Virus record (IMG/VR): IMGVR_UViG_3300031578_000015
Length of the DNA: 20,000 bases
Reading direction: 5' to 3' (one strand)
Source of the DNA: an uncultured virus (IMG/VR IMGVR_UViG_3300031578_000015)
Taxonomy: Duplodnaviria > Heunggongvirae > Uroviricota > Caudoviricetes
The translations under genes and the position numbers were made by a program. The notes beneath the pieces are model-generated. The model had not been told where the DNA came from. It saw only the letters and a program-made list of their open reading frames with translations, and searched no databases. Shown here one piece after another: positions 1-9,400 of this stretch. Every line of letters starts with the position of its first letter. The stretch's first letter is position 1.

Positions 1-447
1 GAAAAACAGAAACCCGTAGTTGAAGCTACTATTAAGGCTAGAGTCAATGAAGAGATCCAGAGAATGAATCCTACAGAAACACCAGAAATGAGGCAGATTC
101 GAGAACTTCGCCAAAGTCAAGAAGACATGCAAAAGACTATGGAAAAGGAAAGACTCGATTATGCAATTACTCAAGAGTATGCAAAGCGGAATATCCCATT
201 AGAGTTTGCTAAAGATATTCCTTGGCCATCTGTTGAGCATGCTATTAATGGTGCATTGGTTTGGGAAAAGGTGAAGGCAGGTGAAATTGATAAAGCAGTA
301 AATGCCCGTTTAGCTGAAACGCCTAAGCCTAATGGATCAAAAGGAAAAGATGGCGAACCTGATTATAAGACCATGTCTAAAGAAGAGCGGTTTGCATTTT
401 TTAAACAGCAAGCAGAACAACGTGATAGCCGTGGTGCTATTAGTTAA
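1..447 (+). CDS. Capsid scaffolding protein (DUF4355-like), 5'-truncated by window edge
   Basis: Frame is open from base 1 (EKQKPVVEATIKARVNEEIQRMNP...), so the gene starts upstream of the window. Charged helical protein with a 'KAVNARL..TPK' plus flexible tail, directly before the major capsid gene. Confidence 0.75.
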   Translation, partial: EKQKPVVEATIKARVNEEIQRMNPTETPEMRQIRELRQSQEDMQKTMEKERLDYAITQEYAKRNIPLEFAKDIPWPSVEHAINGALVWEKVKAGEIDKAVNARLAETPKPNGSKGKDGEPDYKTMSKEERFAFFKQQAEQRDSRGAIS

Positions 448-463
448 ATAAAGGAGAAGTATT

Positions 464-1333
464 ATGGGTTTAGAGAATTTTATTCCTGAGATGTGGAGTG
501 CAACATTATTCGTAAAGCTCCGCAAGGCATTAGTTTTTGGTGGATTAACTAATAAGAACTTTGTTGAAGATGTTTTTAATTATGGTGATACTGTTCATAT
601 CAATGAAATTGGTCCCGTAACTGTTAATAGTTATACAAAACATGCAACACTTACTTATGAGACACTTACTTCCGCTCAGAAGACCCTTATCATCGATCAA
701 GCTTCTAGCTTCTCTTTCAAAATTGATGATATTGATAAAGCCCAGACTCAGCCTAAAGTGATGGATGGGGCTATGTCTGATGCTGCGTATCGAATTGGCG
801 ATACTATTGATCAGTTTATTGCCGGTCTTTATGCACAGGCAGGTGCTACTCCCGCCGCTACTACTTATATTGGATCAAGTGGATCAAGCCTTTCTGTTTC
901 TTCAGGTAACGTTATCGAGACTCTTTCTTATGCACAGCGTTACCTTACCGAAGCTAATGTACCTACTCCTGGTCGCTGGATTACTCTTCCTCCTTGGCTT
1001 ACTCAGAAATTGATTCTTGCCGAAGTTGGCGGTATTTCTGCAATTGCCGTGCCTAAGATTGAAGATGATGGAGCAATTGTTAATGGATTTGTGGGCCGCG
1101 CATTTGGATTTGATATTTTTGAATCAAATAACGTTTCTAACAATGCTACTCAGTATCGTGTAATGTGTGGTGATCGTTCGGCTATTAGTTATGGTGGTCA
1201 GGTTTCTGAAATTGAAGCTCTTCGCTTACAGACTACTTTTGCTGATGCAGCTCGTGGACTATATGTGTATGGTGCTAAGGTAACCAGGGCTGAGGCTCTT
1301 CTTACTCTATATCTCGCCGAAGCTGCGGGCTAG
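464..1333 (+). CDS. Major capsid protein (P22-coat-like family, HK97 fold)
   Basis: N-terminal NFIPEMWS, GDTVHI, LIIDQ..FSFKIDDIDKAQ and C-terminal FADAARGLYVYGAKV motifs typical of this capsid family; AAGGAG RBS upstream; follows the scaffold. Confidence 0.9.
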   Translation: MGLENFIPEMWSATLFVKLRKALVFGGLTNKNFVEDVFNYGDTVHINEIGPVTVNSYTKHATLTYETLTSAQKTLIIDQASSFSFKIDDIDKAQTQPKVMDGAMSDAAYRIGDTIDQFIAGLYAQAGATPAATTYIGSSGSSLSVSSGNVIETLSYAQRYLTEANVPTPGRWITLPPWLTQKLILAEVGGISAIAVPKIEDDGAIVNGFVGRAFGFDIFESNNVSNNATQYRVMCGDRSAISYGGQVSEIEALRLQTTFADAARGLYVYGAKVTRAEALLTLYLAEAAG

Positions 1334-1348
1334 GAATAGGGGGATAAT

Positions 1349-1738
1349 ATGGCTAACGGAACTTTAAAGGTAACTACTGTTGCATTAACTGGTGTGGCTG
1401 GAACTGCTGCATCTACCACAATTGCATCTTCAGAGACAATGACTATTTCCGCCACTACTGCCCAGGCCGCGCTTAGTTTACGCTCGCTTATGGTATATGT
1501 AGCAAATGCAAGCTCCACCGCTTCTGTTACTCTTTCTCTAGGGGCTGGAACTAACTTCTCTGAAATTGGCCAGGGAGCTTATTCTATTACAGTTGGTACT
1601 GCTGCAACTGTAATGATCGGTGGACAGGGTTTTGAATCTGCTAGATTCCTAGATTCAAATGGTGCTATTGTATTCACCCAGGCAGGGGCTGGGCCTACCA
1701 CTTGGCTTGCTTTCCAAGAACCTAATGTTTGGGAATGA
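1349..1738 (+). CDS. Probable capsid decoration/cement protein
   Basis: 129 aa, Ala/Thr/Gly-rich, beta-strand-like, FESARF motif, immediately after the capsid gene, AGGGGG RBS. Function inferred from position. Confidence 0.6.
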   Translation: MANGTLKVTTVALTGVAGTAASTTIASSETMTISATTAQAALSLRSLMVYVANASSTASVTLSLGAGTNFSEIGQGAYSITVGTAATVMIGGQGFESARFLDSNGAIVFTQAGAGPTTWLAFQEPNVWE

Positions 1739-1744
1739 TTAATA

Positions 1745-1792
1745 ATATAAATGGGGGAGGAAAGTTTATAATGAGTACTTCCCTATTTATAT
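1745..1792 (+). terminator. 15-bp stem-loop after capsid/decoration genes (terminator or RNA processing/stability element)
   Basis: ATATAAATGGGGGAG (1745-1759) pairs with CTTCCCTATTTATAT (1778-1792) with two G-U pairs and an 18-nt loop; no clear poly-U tail. Confidence 0.5.
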
Positions 1793-1805
1793 AAAGGAAT
1801 AACTT

Positions 1806-2003
1806 ATGGCAACTAAAAAGAATTGGATTCAAGGAGCAATCGAAAAACCAGGTTCATTTTCTAAGAAAGCAAAAAATGCTGGAATATCCACAAGTGCCTA
1901 TGCTACTAAATCACTGAAAAAGAAAAGTAAGGCAAGTTCTACAACAAAAAAGCAAGCAGTGTTAGCTAAAACTCTTGCAGGAATGAGAAAAAAGAAGAAA
2001 TAA
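1806..2003 (+). CDS. Small Lys-rich basic protein (65 aa)
   Basis: AAGGA RBS; 18 K + 1 R versus 1 E; KNWIQGAIEKPG...AVLAKTL pattern resembles small basic proteins of phage head modules. Confidence 0.75.
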   Translation: MATKKNWIQGAIEKPGSFSKKAKNAGISTSAYATKSLKKKSKASSTTKKQAVLAKTLAGMRKKKK

Positions 2004-2004
2004 A

Positions 2005-2598
2005 GTGGCAACAATACTTTCCGTTTCAGAGTTACTAGATTTTCAACCTAATATCACAGCCACAGCCGGGACTATCATATCTAGGAAATGGATTGAAATT
2101 GTAGAGCAAAGATTGCCATTACTTACTAATGATTATTTTACTTCAGATATTATGCATATTGATTGTACTGCCACTTTTAATCAAACTGCTGGAACTATCA
2201 TTATAGATCAAAATACATGGTCTCAATTTGGATTTAAAGATGGTGACAATATCCTAATTTATAAATCATTGCGAAATGAAGGTTATTTACAAGTTGATAC
2301 CTTTGTTGATAGTACTGCTACAATTGCATCAGCTTATACGGTTTACGATGAAGCTTATAATTATAATATGGGAAGAATCATTTATTTCGGTGTAGTACAT
2401 TGGACAATTGATATAAAAGCAATTGCTTCTGAAATGATTTATTATGATGCTGAATTGCGAAGTAAAAGAACTCCAGGTATTCGTTCAAGATCATTAGGAC
2501 CATGGAGTGAATCATATGCAGGTGATACAGGGACATTTGGGTATCCATTAGAAATTTTAGAGAAACTTGAAAAGTACAATATTGCTAGGTTAATGTAA
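2005..2598 (+). CDS. Head-tail adaptor (SPP1 gp15/HK97 gp6-like) with central inserted domain
   Basis: GTG start; C-terminal GIRSRSLGPWSESY...YPLEILEKLEKY pattern typical of adaptors; position after capsid genes. Confidence 0.7.
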   Translation: MATILSVSELLDFQPNITATAGTIISRKWIEIVEQRLPLLTNDYFTSDIMHIDCTATFNQTAGTIIIDQNTWSQFGFKDGDNILIYKSLRNEGYLQVDTFVDSTATIASAYTVYDEAYNYNMGRIIYFGVVHWTIDIKAIASEMIYYDAELRSKRTPGIRSRSLGPWSESYAGDTGTFGYPLEILEKLEKYNIARLM

Positions 2599-2608
2599 GG
2601 AGAAAAAC

Positions 2609-2740
2609 ATGGCAAAGAAAGCAAGTCCAGCACAATTAGCAGCTAGGGCAAAGTTTGCGAAGATGATTAAATCAAAGTCAAAGAAAGGTTCTGCAAATAC
2701 TTCTACTACACCTAAAGTAAATACAAGTAAGGGAAAATAA
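2609..2740 (+). CDS. Small basic peptide, 43 aa (not in ORF track): MAKKASPAQLAARAKFAKMIKSKSKKGSANTSTTPKVNTSKGK
   Basis: Manually translated; AAGGAG RBS at 2597-2602; fills the gap between adaptor and closure genes (next ATG at 2742); 11 K + 1 R, no acidic residues. Confidence 0.75.
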   Translation: MAKKASPAQLAARAKFAKMIKSKSKKGSANTSTTPKVNTSKGK

Positions 2741-2741
2741 A

Positions 2742-3098
2742 ATGGCATTAAGGGATATGTTGAATATAGTAAATGGAGTCTCTATCATCAAAACTACGTC
2801 AACTAATGATGGAATGGGTGGAATGACTTCAACTACTATAACTACAGTAATCCCTTTATGTGCATTATGGCAAAATTCTAGTACCAATAAGTATATCTAT
2901 GACAAATATGCAATGAATAGTTCTCATATTTTATGTTTTGAATATGGCGCTTACACTTTTAATGTTCCTGATAGTAGTGGAGGAACAGTTATTGAAACAG
3001 TATCTCATAATGGATCAATATATAATACTATGGGATTTCAAAATGATTATATGGATTTTCATGAAATAGTCACAATGAACTTGGATAGATTATCATGA
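2742..3098 (+). CDS. Head closure/stopper protein (SPP1 gp16-like)
   Basis: 118 aa with TSTNDGMGG loop (DGxGG motif of stoppers); lies between adaptor and neck genes. Confidence 0.75.
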   Translation: MALRDMLNIVNGVSIIKTTSTNDGMGGMTSTTITTVIPLCALWQNSSTNKYIYDKYAMNSSHILCFEYGAYTFNVPDSSGGTVIETVSHNGSIYNTMGFQNDYMDFHEIVTMNLDRLS

Positions 3099-4624
3099 GC
3101 ATGGTCAGAATCGATTTAAAAAAGAAATGGGATGGCTCTATTGTTAAATTATTAGGGAAAAAGGTAATAGATAAAAGTATATATGAAGTTGGATTGATTG
3201 TAGAAGGGAATGCCAAAGAATTAGCGGCTAAAAATTATGGTTATTTAGCAGCTAGTATCAATACACAATTTCAAGGTGGGGGAGATGAATTAGAAGATCC
3301 TAGTAAATATGCTAAAGAAATACCCCCAGTAGGGCATAATGTTGAAACATTTAGAAAAATACAAGCACCTTCACAAGAGGAAGTCGTGTTTGTTGGTACT
3401 GCGGTTGATTATGCTTGTATTTTTGATGGGCATACTAATATAAAAGTACAAGGAGGAAAAGGGTATAAGGTTATATGTCAAATAAAAAAAGGGGATATGG
3501 TATTAACACAAACTGGAGAATATCATAAAGTAATTGAAACATTCAAAAAACCTGCTATACTATCTCCAGATTTAATTGAAATTATTTGCGAGTATAGAAA
3601 AAATAGAAATCACAAATTGATAGTGACCAAAGAGCATAAGATATTGGTTTTTAGAGATGTGCGAAATAAATGGGTTAAGGCAGAAGAATTATTATTAACC
3701 GATAAACTATTTTCTTTGAAAAAGAAAGAACCAAATAAAGGAAAAGGACTTCATAGGAACTGTTTACAATGTGGAAAAGAATTTCAGCCTCCAGGTCATA
3801 ATGAGATTCATCAATATTGTTCTATGGATTGTAGGAATGAATATTGGAAAATTAATGGCAGTCCTAATATTGGTAGTAAGAGGACTAAAAAAACTAGAGA
3901 CAAAATGAGTTTACTTAAAAAGAAGTATTTTGAATTGAATCCAGAAAAACATCCTAATCGGATAATGAATAAAAAGGGATATCAAACCGATGTTGAAAAA
4001 ACTATTGAAGATTGGTTGATTGAACAACAAGTACAATATGAAAAACAAAAAAGAATAGGAAGAATATATGCTGATTTTTATTTACCTATTACAAATGAAA
4101 TATTAGAAGGAGATGGAGCTTTTTGGCATTCAAACCAAAAAAAGGATATTGAAAGAGATAAATATATAAAAAGTATTGATCCAACTATTAAAATAACTCA
4201 CATGCACTTTTATGATAAACGATTTTCTAAAAATATAAATAGAAATCCATTAGAAAATGTATATTATCAGGTATGTAATCCAAGTCCTAAAAGTTATGTT
4301 AATATGGGGGATTTTGAGTGTAGAAAAATTGTCTCTATAAAACCAATCAAGTATGGTGAAAATATAAAAAAACATGCCAGTACACAAGCATATGTTTATG
4401 ATTTATCGGTTGAAGGTGTTCATTCATATTATGCTAATGGCATATTGGTTTCTAATAGTCATGTGGAATTTGGAACTGTAAAAATGGACGCTCAGCCTTT
4501 TCTCAGGCCAGCAGCTGATATGGCACAAGGAAAAGTATTAGAAACAGTAGAGGCTAATGGTAAACAACATTTTCTTGGTTATTTGCGACAGCATGAAGAA
4601 TATTTACAAAGTAGGGGATTATGA
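3095..4624 (+). CDS. HK97 gp10-like neck/tail-completion protein interrupted by an intein (predicted spliced product 162 aa)
   Basis: Removing residues 108-454 restores VFVGTAVDYA|SHVEFGTVKMDAQPFLRPA, matching the gp10 motif VGT.V.YA..VEFGT.KM.AQPFLRPA; N-terminal VEGNAKELA...GYLAASI also fits. Confidence 0.9.
   Translation: MSMVRIDLKKKWDGSIVKLLGKKVIDKSIYEVGLIVEGNAKELAAKNYGYLAASINTQFQGGGDELEDPSKYAKEIPPVGHNVETFRKIQAPSQEEVVFVGTAVDYACIFDGHTNIKVQGGKGYKVICQIKKGDMVLTQTGEYHKVIETFKKPAILSPDLIEIICEYRKNRNHKLIVTKEHKILVFRDVRNKWVKAEELLLTDKLFSLKKKEPNKGKGLHRNCLQCGKEFQPPGHNEIHQYCSMDCRNEYWKINGSPNIGSKRTKKTRDKMSLLKKKYFELNPEKHPNRIMNKKGYQTDVEKTIEDWLIEQQVQYEKQKRIGRIYADFYLPITNEILEGDGAFWHSNQKKDIERDKYIKSIDPTIKITHMHFYDKRFSKNINRNPLENVYYQVCNPSPKSYVNMGDFECRKIVSIKPIKYGENIKKHASTQAYVYDLSVEGVHSYYANGILVSNSHVEFGTVKMDAQPFLRPAADMAQGKVLETVEANGKQHFLGYLRQHEEYLQSRGL
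3416..4456 (+). mobile_element. Intein (347 aa) with Zn-ribbon, NUMOD3-like motif and Vsr/DUF559-like endonuclease
   Basis: Block A CIFDGHTNI, block B LIVTKEHKILV (TxxH), block F/G VYDLSVEGVHSYYANGILVSN followed by +1 Ser. Internal CLQCGKEF...YCSMDC, GSKRTKKTRDKMS and TDVEK...ADFYLP...ILEGDGAFWH motifs. Confidence 0.9.
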
Positions 4625-5028
4625 GTCCTTCACAAATGATAGGATGGTCCTTAAATCAAACTTCATCGGTGACAAATATAGTATCAACTAGAATATATGC
4701 TGGGCAAAGACCAGTAACAACTACGGTGCCTTGTATTAATTATTTTGAAATGGCTGGGACTAAAAGATTGAATGGATTTGAAAGATCTACTTATTCTATA
4801 AATTGTAGGGCAACTACGGCGGAAACAGCACTACAACTAGCTAGAAAAGTAGTTGATTTATTTGAAGGAGGAATATCAGGACGGGGTGGATATGGAAGTA
4901 TGAATGGGTTTGAAATAACTAGAGCAAGTTTAAGACAAGGACAAGGATTGATTCCAGAACCAGATGATACTTTATATAATGCTCCGGTTGATATTTTTAT
5001 AGTATATCCTACATCAAGTGTAAGTTAA
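4621..5028 (+). CDS. Tail terminator/completion protein (SPP1 gp17-like)
   Basis: 135 aa, IVSTRIY....P....PCI.Y pattern and YSINCRA...ALQLA; lies between neck and tail tube genes. Confidence 0.75.
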   Translation: MSPSQMIGWSLNQTSSVTNIVSTRIYAGQRPVTTTVPCINYFEMAGTKRLNGFERSTYSINCRATTAETALQLARKVVDLFEGGISGRGGYGSMNGFEITRASLRQGQGLIPEPDDTLYNAPVDIFIVYPTSSVS

Positions 5029-5039
5029 AGGAGAATAAA

Positions 5040-5198
5040 ATGGGGGGGCCAGGAAGCGGAAGGAAACCTAACGGGGTACCTAAAATAACTTCAAATAAAA
5101 TAATTTCAATTAAAAATGGTAAAGTCATTCCAAAAATATCTAAAAGAAAAGCAGCTGGAAGAAAAAATGGAGTTTGGACTTACAATATTAAAGCATAA
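5040..5198 (+). CDS. Small basic peptide, 52 aa (not in ORF track): MGGPGSGRKPNGVPKITSNKIISIKNGKVIPKISKRKAAGRKNGVWTYNIKA
   Basis: Manually translated; AAGGAG RBS at 5028-5033; fills the gap before the tail tube gene; 10 K + 3 R, no acidic residues. Confidence 0.75.
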   Translation: MGGPGSGRKPNGVPKITSNKIISIKNGKVIPKISKRKAAGRKNGVWTYNIKA

Positions 5199-5210
5199 AG
5201 GAGATTAATT

Positions 5211-5756
5211 ATGCCCATTTATCAGAATAGTACAGTAGCAGATGCAAAAGTAGAAATTGGAAACTATGCAATGTATGTTGCAATTACAGCTGGGACCACT
5301 GTAGGCGGAAGTTGGATTAATCTAGGTGCCGGTATGGTTAAGAGTTTTTCTTATGATCCAGTTAGCTTTACTTCACAGGCTGGCAATGCACCTGATCCTA
5401 TTCAAGGTATTTCAAGAGAAACGGCTAAGATTGCTATTGATTTGATTGAATATGATGGTTCTTCTTTCTCAATTCTGAGTGATGGAGCAATGACAGGCAG
5501 TTCAGGGTCATTAGTTGTAGGTGGTCAAACTAATGTGCAAGCTGGTAATGGATTTAAATTAGTTAATAACAGAAAATTAGCTTCCGGTTCCACCCAGACT
5601 ACTACTTATGTATTTAATTTTGTATTTATGGATGGTGGATTCTCCACTTCTCCCAAATCCGATAATGACGCTGATCCTATCAATGTTTATAGTTTTAATC
5701 TTTTAGCCAAGCAGTATATGACTGCACAAACAATCTTTACTAAGACGGTATCCTAA
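5211..5756 (+). CDS. Major tail (tube) protein
   Basis: 181 aa, Gly/Ser/Thr-rich, WINLGAG near N-terminus, AAGGAG RBS; lies between terminator and chaperone genes. Confidence 0.75.
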   Translation: MPIYQNSTVADAKVEIGNYAMYVAITAGTTVGGSWINLGAGMVKSFSYDPVSFTSQAGNAPDPIQGISRETAKIAIDLIEYDGSSFSILSDGAMTGSSGSLVVGGQTNVQAGNGFKLVNNRKLASGSTQTTTYVFNFVFMDGGFSTSPKSDNDADPINVYSFNLLAKQYMTAQTIFTKTVS

Positions 5757-6142
5757 TGAAAGTTGAAGATTTAGATGTACTTAGACCTGAACCAAGAATA
5801 GTCCATATAGGGGGCAAGGATATTGACGTATCCTTTGTTCCTTGTGGAATTACTTTTGATGTAGATGCAATTGTAAGAGAACTGCAAGGAATGGATCAAA
5901 ATAAATTGTTAGAAAATGGACTTGAAACTAAAAGGGCTTTTGAATTATCTGTAGAATTGTGTTCAGTATTTTGTTCACATAATTATCCTGAATTAGATAA
6001 AGAGTGGTTTTTTCAAAATACTGATGCAAATCAGATAAAACAATTTTCAACTGCTATTAAAGATGCTCTAGTTAAAGCTTATGCTGGAATAGAGAATAAT
6101 TCAAAAAATCAGAGGGCTCCCAAGATGAAGGAGAACAAGTAA
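5756..6142 (+). CDS. Tail assembly chaperone (gpG equivalent)
   Basis: Between tail tube and tape measure genes; ends with a slippery heptamer linking it to the next ORF. Confidence 0.85.
   Translation: MKVEDLDVLRPEPRIVHIGGKDIDVSFVPCGITFDVDAIVRELQGMDQNKLLENGLETKRAFELSVELCSVFCSHNYPELDKEWFFQNTDANQIKQFSTAIKDALVKAYAGIENNSKNQRAPKMKENK
6103..6109 (+). other. -1 programmed ribosomal frameshift site A AAA AAT
   Basis: X XXY YYZ heptamer correctly phased (TCA AAA AAT); the -1 frame from 6109 (SEGSQDEGEQVIHLGSLFT) runs without stops into the 6166..6411 ORF. Confidence 0.85.
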
Positions 6143-6411
6143 TTCATCTTGGGAGCCTATTTACAATGATGGCTTTTTTATATTCATGGGCGACTAAAGA
6201 ATATTTATTGTGGAATATGACAATTGGGCAAATAATTATGTATCATAATAGAGGCGTAGATTTAAAATGGCCTGATCCTAACAAGACTTCAAATGGCCCT
6301 GGATTATTGAATAAAAGTGCATCTGAATTAAGAAGAATGCGCGATGAATATAGGACACAAGTAGATTTAAAAAAGAAACAATTGACAGAAAAATATGGAG
6401 ATATAGGATGA
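6109..6411 (+). CDS. C-terminal part (gpT) of frameshifted tail chaperone gpGT (about 218 aa fusion)
   Basis: Open -1 frame includes the listed 6166..6411 ORF; W..EYLLWNMTIGQI pattern is gpT-like; directly precedes the tape measure gene. Confidence 0.8.
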   Translation, partial: SEGSQDEGEQVIHLGSLFTMMAFLYSWATKEYLLWNMTIGQIIMYHNRGVDLKWPDPNKTSNGPGLLNKSASELRRMRDEYRTQVDLKKKQLTEKYGDIG

Positions 6412-6432
6412 TAAACAAACAAGGAAATCTCC

Positions 6433-9400
6433 ATGGCTAACACACTCGGAGATATGGTTGTTGCCATAACTGGCGATACTAGTAATTTTAATCTTTCTAT
6501 AGATGCAGCTGGAAAAAAGTTGGATTTACTCGCGCAAATAACTGCTAAAAGTGCAGTTGAAATGTCTACATCATTTAAAAAAATAGATAATGAAGCAAAA
6601 TTATGGGGTAATAGTACTGATTTAATAGCACAAAAACAAAAAGCCTTGAAAGATGAAATGACTAATTTAATGAATCAAGGTTTTGATCCCATGAGTGCTA
6701 AAGTACAAAGTTTAAAAACTCAATATAGCGCTTTAGGTGATGAGGCTTTAGCATTAGAAAAGAGTCAAGTATCATTAAAGAATAATCTAAAAGAATTTGG
6801 TTCACTCATGACTGGATTAGGCGTTGGATTAACGGCAGGTGTGACTGTACCTATAATTGGTATGGCTAAAGCTGCTATTGCTTCTTCCGCGCAAATGGAA
6901 ATGCTTCAGGCATCATTTACTACCTTTTTAGGTAGCGCAGACCAAGCCGCAGTATTAATGAATAATTTAATTCAAATGGCTGCTAAAACACCATTTGTAA
7001 CTACAGATTTAGCTAGTGGTGCTAAAATGCTATTGCAATATGGTATTGCTACTCAAGATGTAATTCCTGATTTGAAGATGCTAGGTGATGTATCTTCGGG
7101 CAATACTGAAATATTTAATAGATTAGTTTATGCTTTTGGACAAATAAATTCAACTGGCAGATTAATGGGTCAAGATTTGCGTCAAATGACTGAGGCAGGA
7201 TTCAACCCATTATATATAATAAGTCAAAAAACTGGGGAAAGTTTTCAATCATTACAAAAAAGAATGGCTGCTGGTGGAATATCTGCCGGTGAAGTTACTA
7301 AAGCATTTAAAATTGCTACAAGTGAAGGTGGAAAATTTTACCAGGGAATGGAAAGAGGAAGTTTAACATTTACAGGATTGGTTTCTACTTTAAAAGATAA
7401 TATAGGAATAATGGGGAGATCAATAACAGATCAATTTATACCTGGATTAAAAGAAATAATTAAATCATTGAGTGGAATGGCTCAATGGCTTACGGCATTA
7501 GATCCAAGTACAAAATCATTTATAGTTATTATGGGGGCATTTGCAGCTGCCGCTGGCCCTGTTGCATTAGGCATAGGATTGATTTCTAGTGCAATTGCTA
7601 CAATGGATGTTGCAACTAAATCATTAATGCTTACTACAGGTCCAGTTATTTTAGCTATTGGGGCAGTTGTTGCTTTAGTAGCATTAATTGGTACAAAAGC
7701 TGCTGAATCTAAAAAACAATTAGATGATTTATCCACTGCCACATCGAAGATAGGAACATCTGATCCAGCCATATTGAATAATGCATTGGTTGAAGTAAAT
7801 AAACAGATACAGGCACAAAAAGATTTGATTGGTTTAGCAAAAATGAGAAAAGAATCTTTAGCTGCCGTTCCTGATTTAGAAAAAAAGTTAGCAGATTTAG
7901 AGCAAACTAGAATAGGGATATCTAGTACATTATTCCAAGTATTAAAGAAAGGAGAAAATTCTAATTTAACTGATGTTCAAACATCTATTGAAAAAGAAGA
8001 TGAATGGACTACAAAAAGAAAGGCTGCTGAAGCTGCATTAGCACATGAATATGCCTTGATCGATGAAAAGCAAAAAGCTGCATATATCAGTGGTGAAGCT
8101 TATGATGCTCAATCTGAAAAAAGAAAAGCGTTATTAGAACTTTTAAATAAAATGCTAGAACAAGGCTTTACCGTACAAGGTGCTGGATACCAAACTATTC
8201 TGCAAGCTAATTTAGATGTAATGAACGGTGAAGAAGCTCGTTATGAAGCACTAAATAGAATGGGCAAGGAATATGCTGATAGCCAAATAGAAAATAATGC
8301 CAAAATAGCTACTGCTGAACAAGCCCAAGGCCAAGCATTAGAAGTTCAAGGTCAAACATATATTGATAATCAAAATAGAATAAAAGTAGCAGAACAAGCT
8401 AAATGGAATGCCTTAAATAAGATGGGACAAGATTACATAGATAATGAAAATAAGACAATTAATCTATCATTAGATATTGCTACTACAACATTATCTGCTA
8501 TGGATGCTATAAAAAATGGAATTAATTCTAAAGATCCCTTAGGTGGATTGATTAAAACTATAGAAACTGTAACGGCTTCTATGGGACCTGAAGGTAAATT
8601 AGTAAGTACTATAATGCAAATTGGCACTTCATTTGTCGATATAATGAGATCATTAAATGATGATATTCAAGGAATATTGGGCAATTCCACTAAAGAAACA
8701 CAAGATTTTGCCATGAATATAATGAATATAAATGAACAAATACTTAATGCTAAAATGCAAAATAATAGGGATCAATTGGCGGATGATCTTGCATTACTTG
8801 GTGTTGAAGAACAAACCGCTCTTGAAGATGCCGGATTTAAAACTAAAACCGCGGAAGAACAATTACAAGATCAATTAGCAACTGCTATAAAAAATGGTGA
8901 TCTTGCAACTCAAGCAACCTTAAAGAATGAAATAGCTAAACAAAAAATAATTGATACTTATGAAGCCAAAAAAGCTGAGGCACAAGATATTGCTGATGCT
9001 GCATATAAAAAAATGGTGCATGATAAGGCTATACTAGATCAAAAAATTGCAATTGCACAAACAGAAATAGCAAAACAAGAATCAATTGCCAAATTACCAT
9101 GGTGGGATTTTTTAACAGGTTGGAGCCAAAGAAAACAATTAGATAGTTTATATACTGATTTAATTTCTGCAATACAAGCAACACCAATCCCTGCTGCTGC
9201 AAATGGTGCAATAGTTAATCCTACTCCTGGCGGGACGGTGATTCGTGTTGCAGAAGCTGATCAACCAGAAGTTATTTTCCCATTAGATAGATTGGAAAGT
9301 TTCTTATCAAAAGGATTCAACACAAATAATATGAACACTAATGAAAATGAAGGGAATATAAATCTAGTTGTTACTCTTGATAGTAAACCATTCTTGGATA

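Noticed and set aside
8230..8455. Three 25-29-aa imperfect repeats in the tape measure protein (EQA...AL...GQ.YIDN)
   Set aside because: Short helical repeats are ordinary for tape measure proteins.
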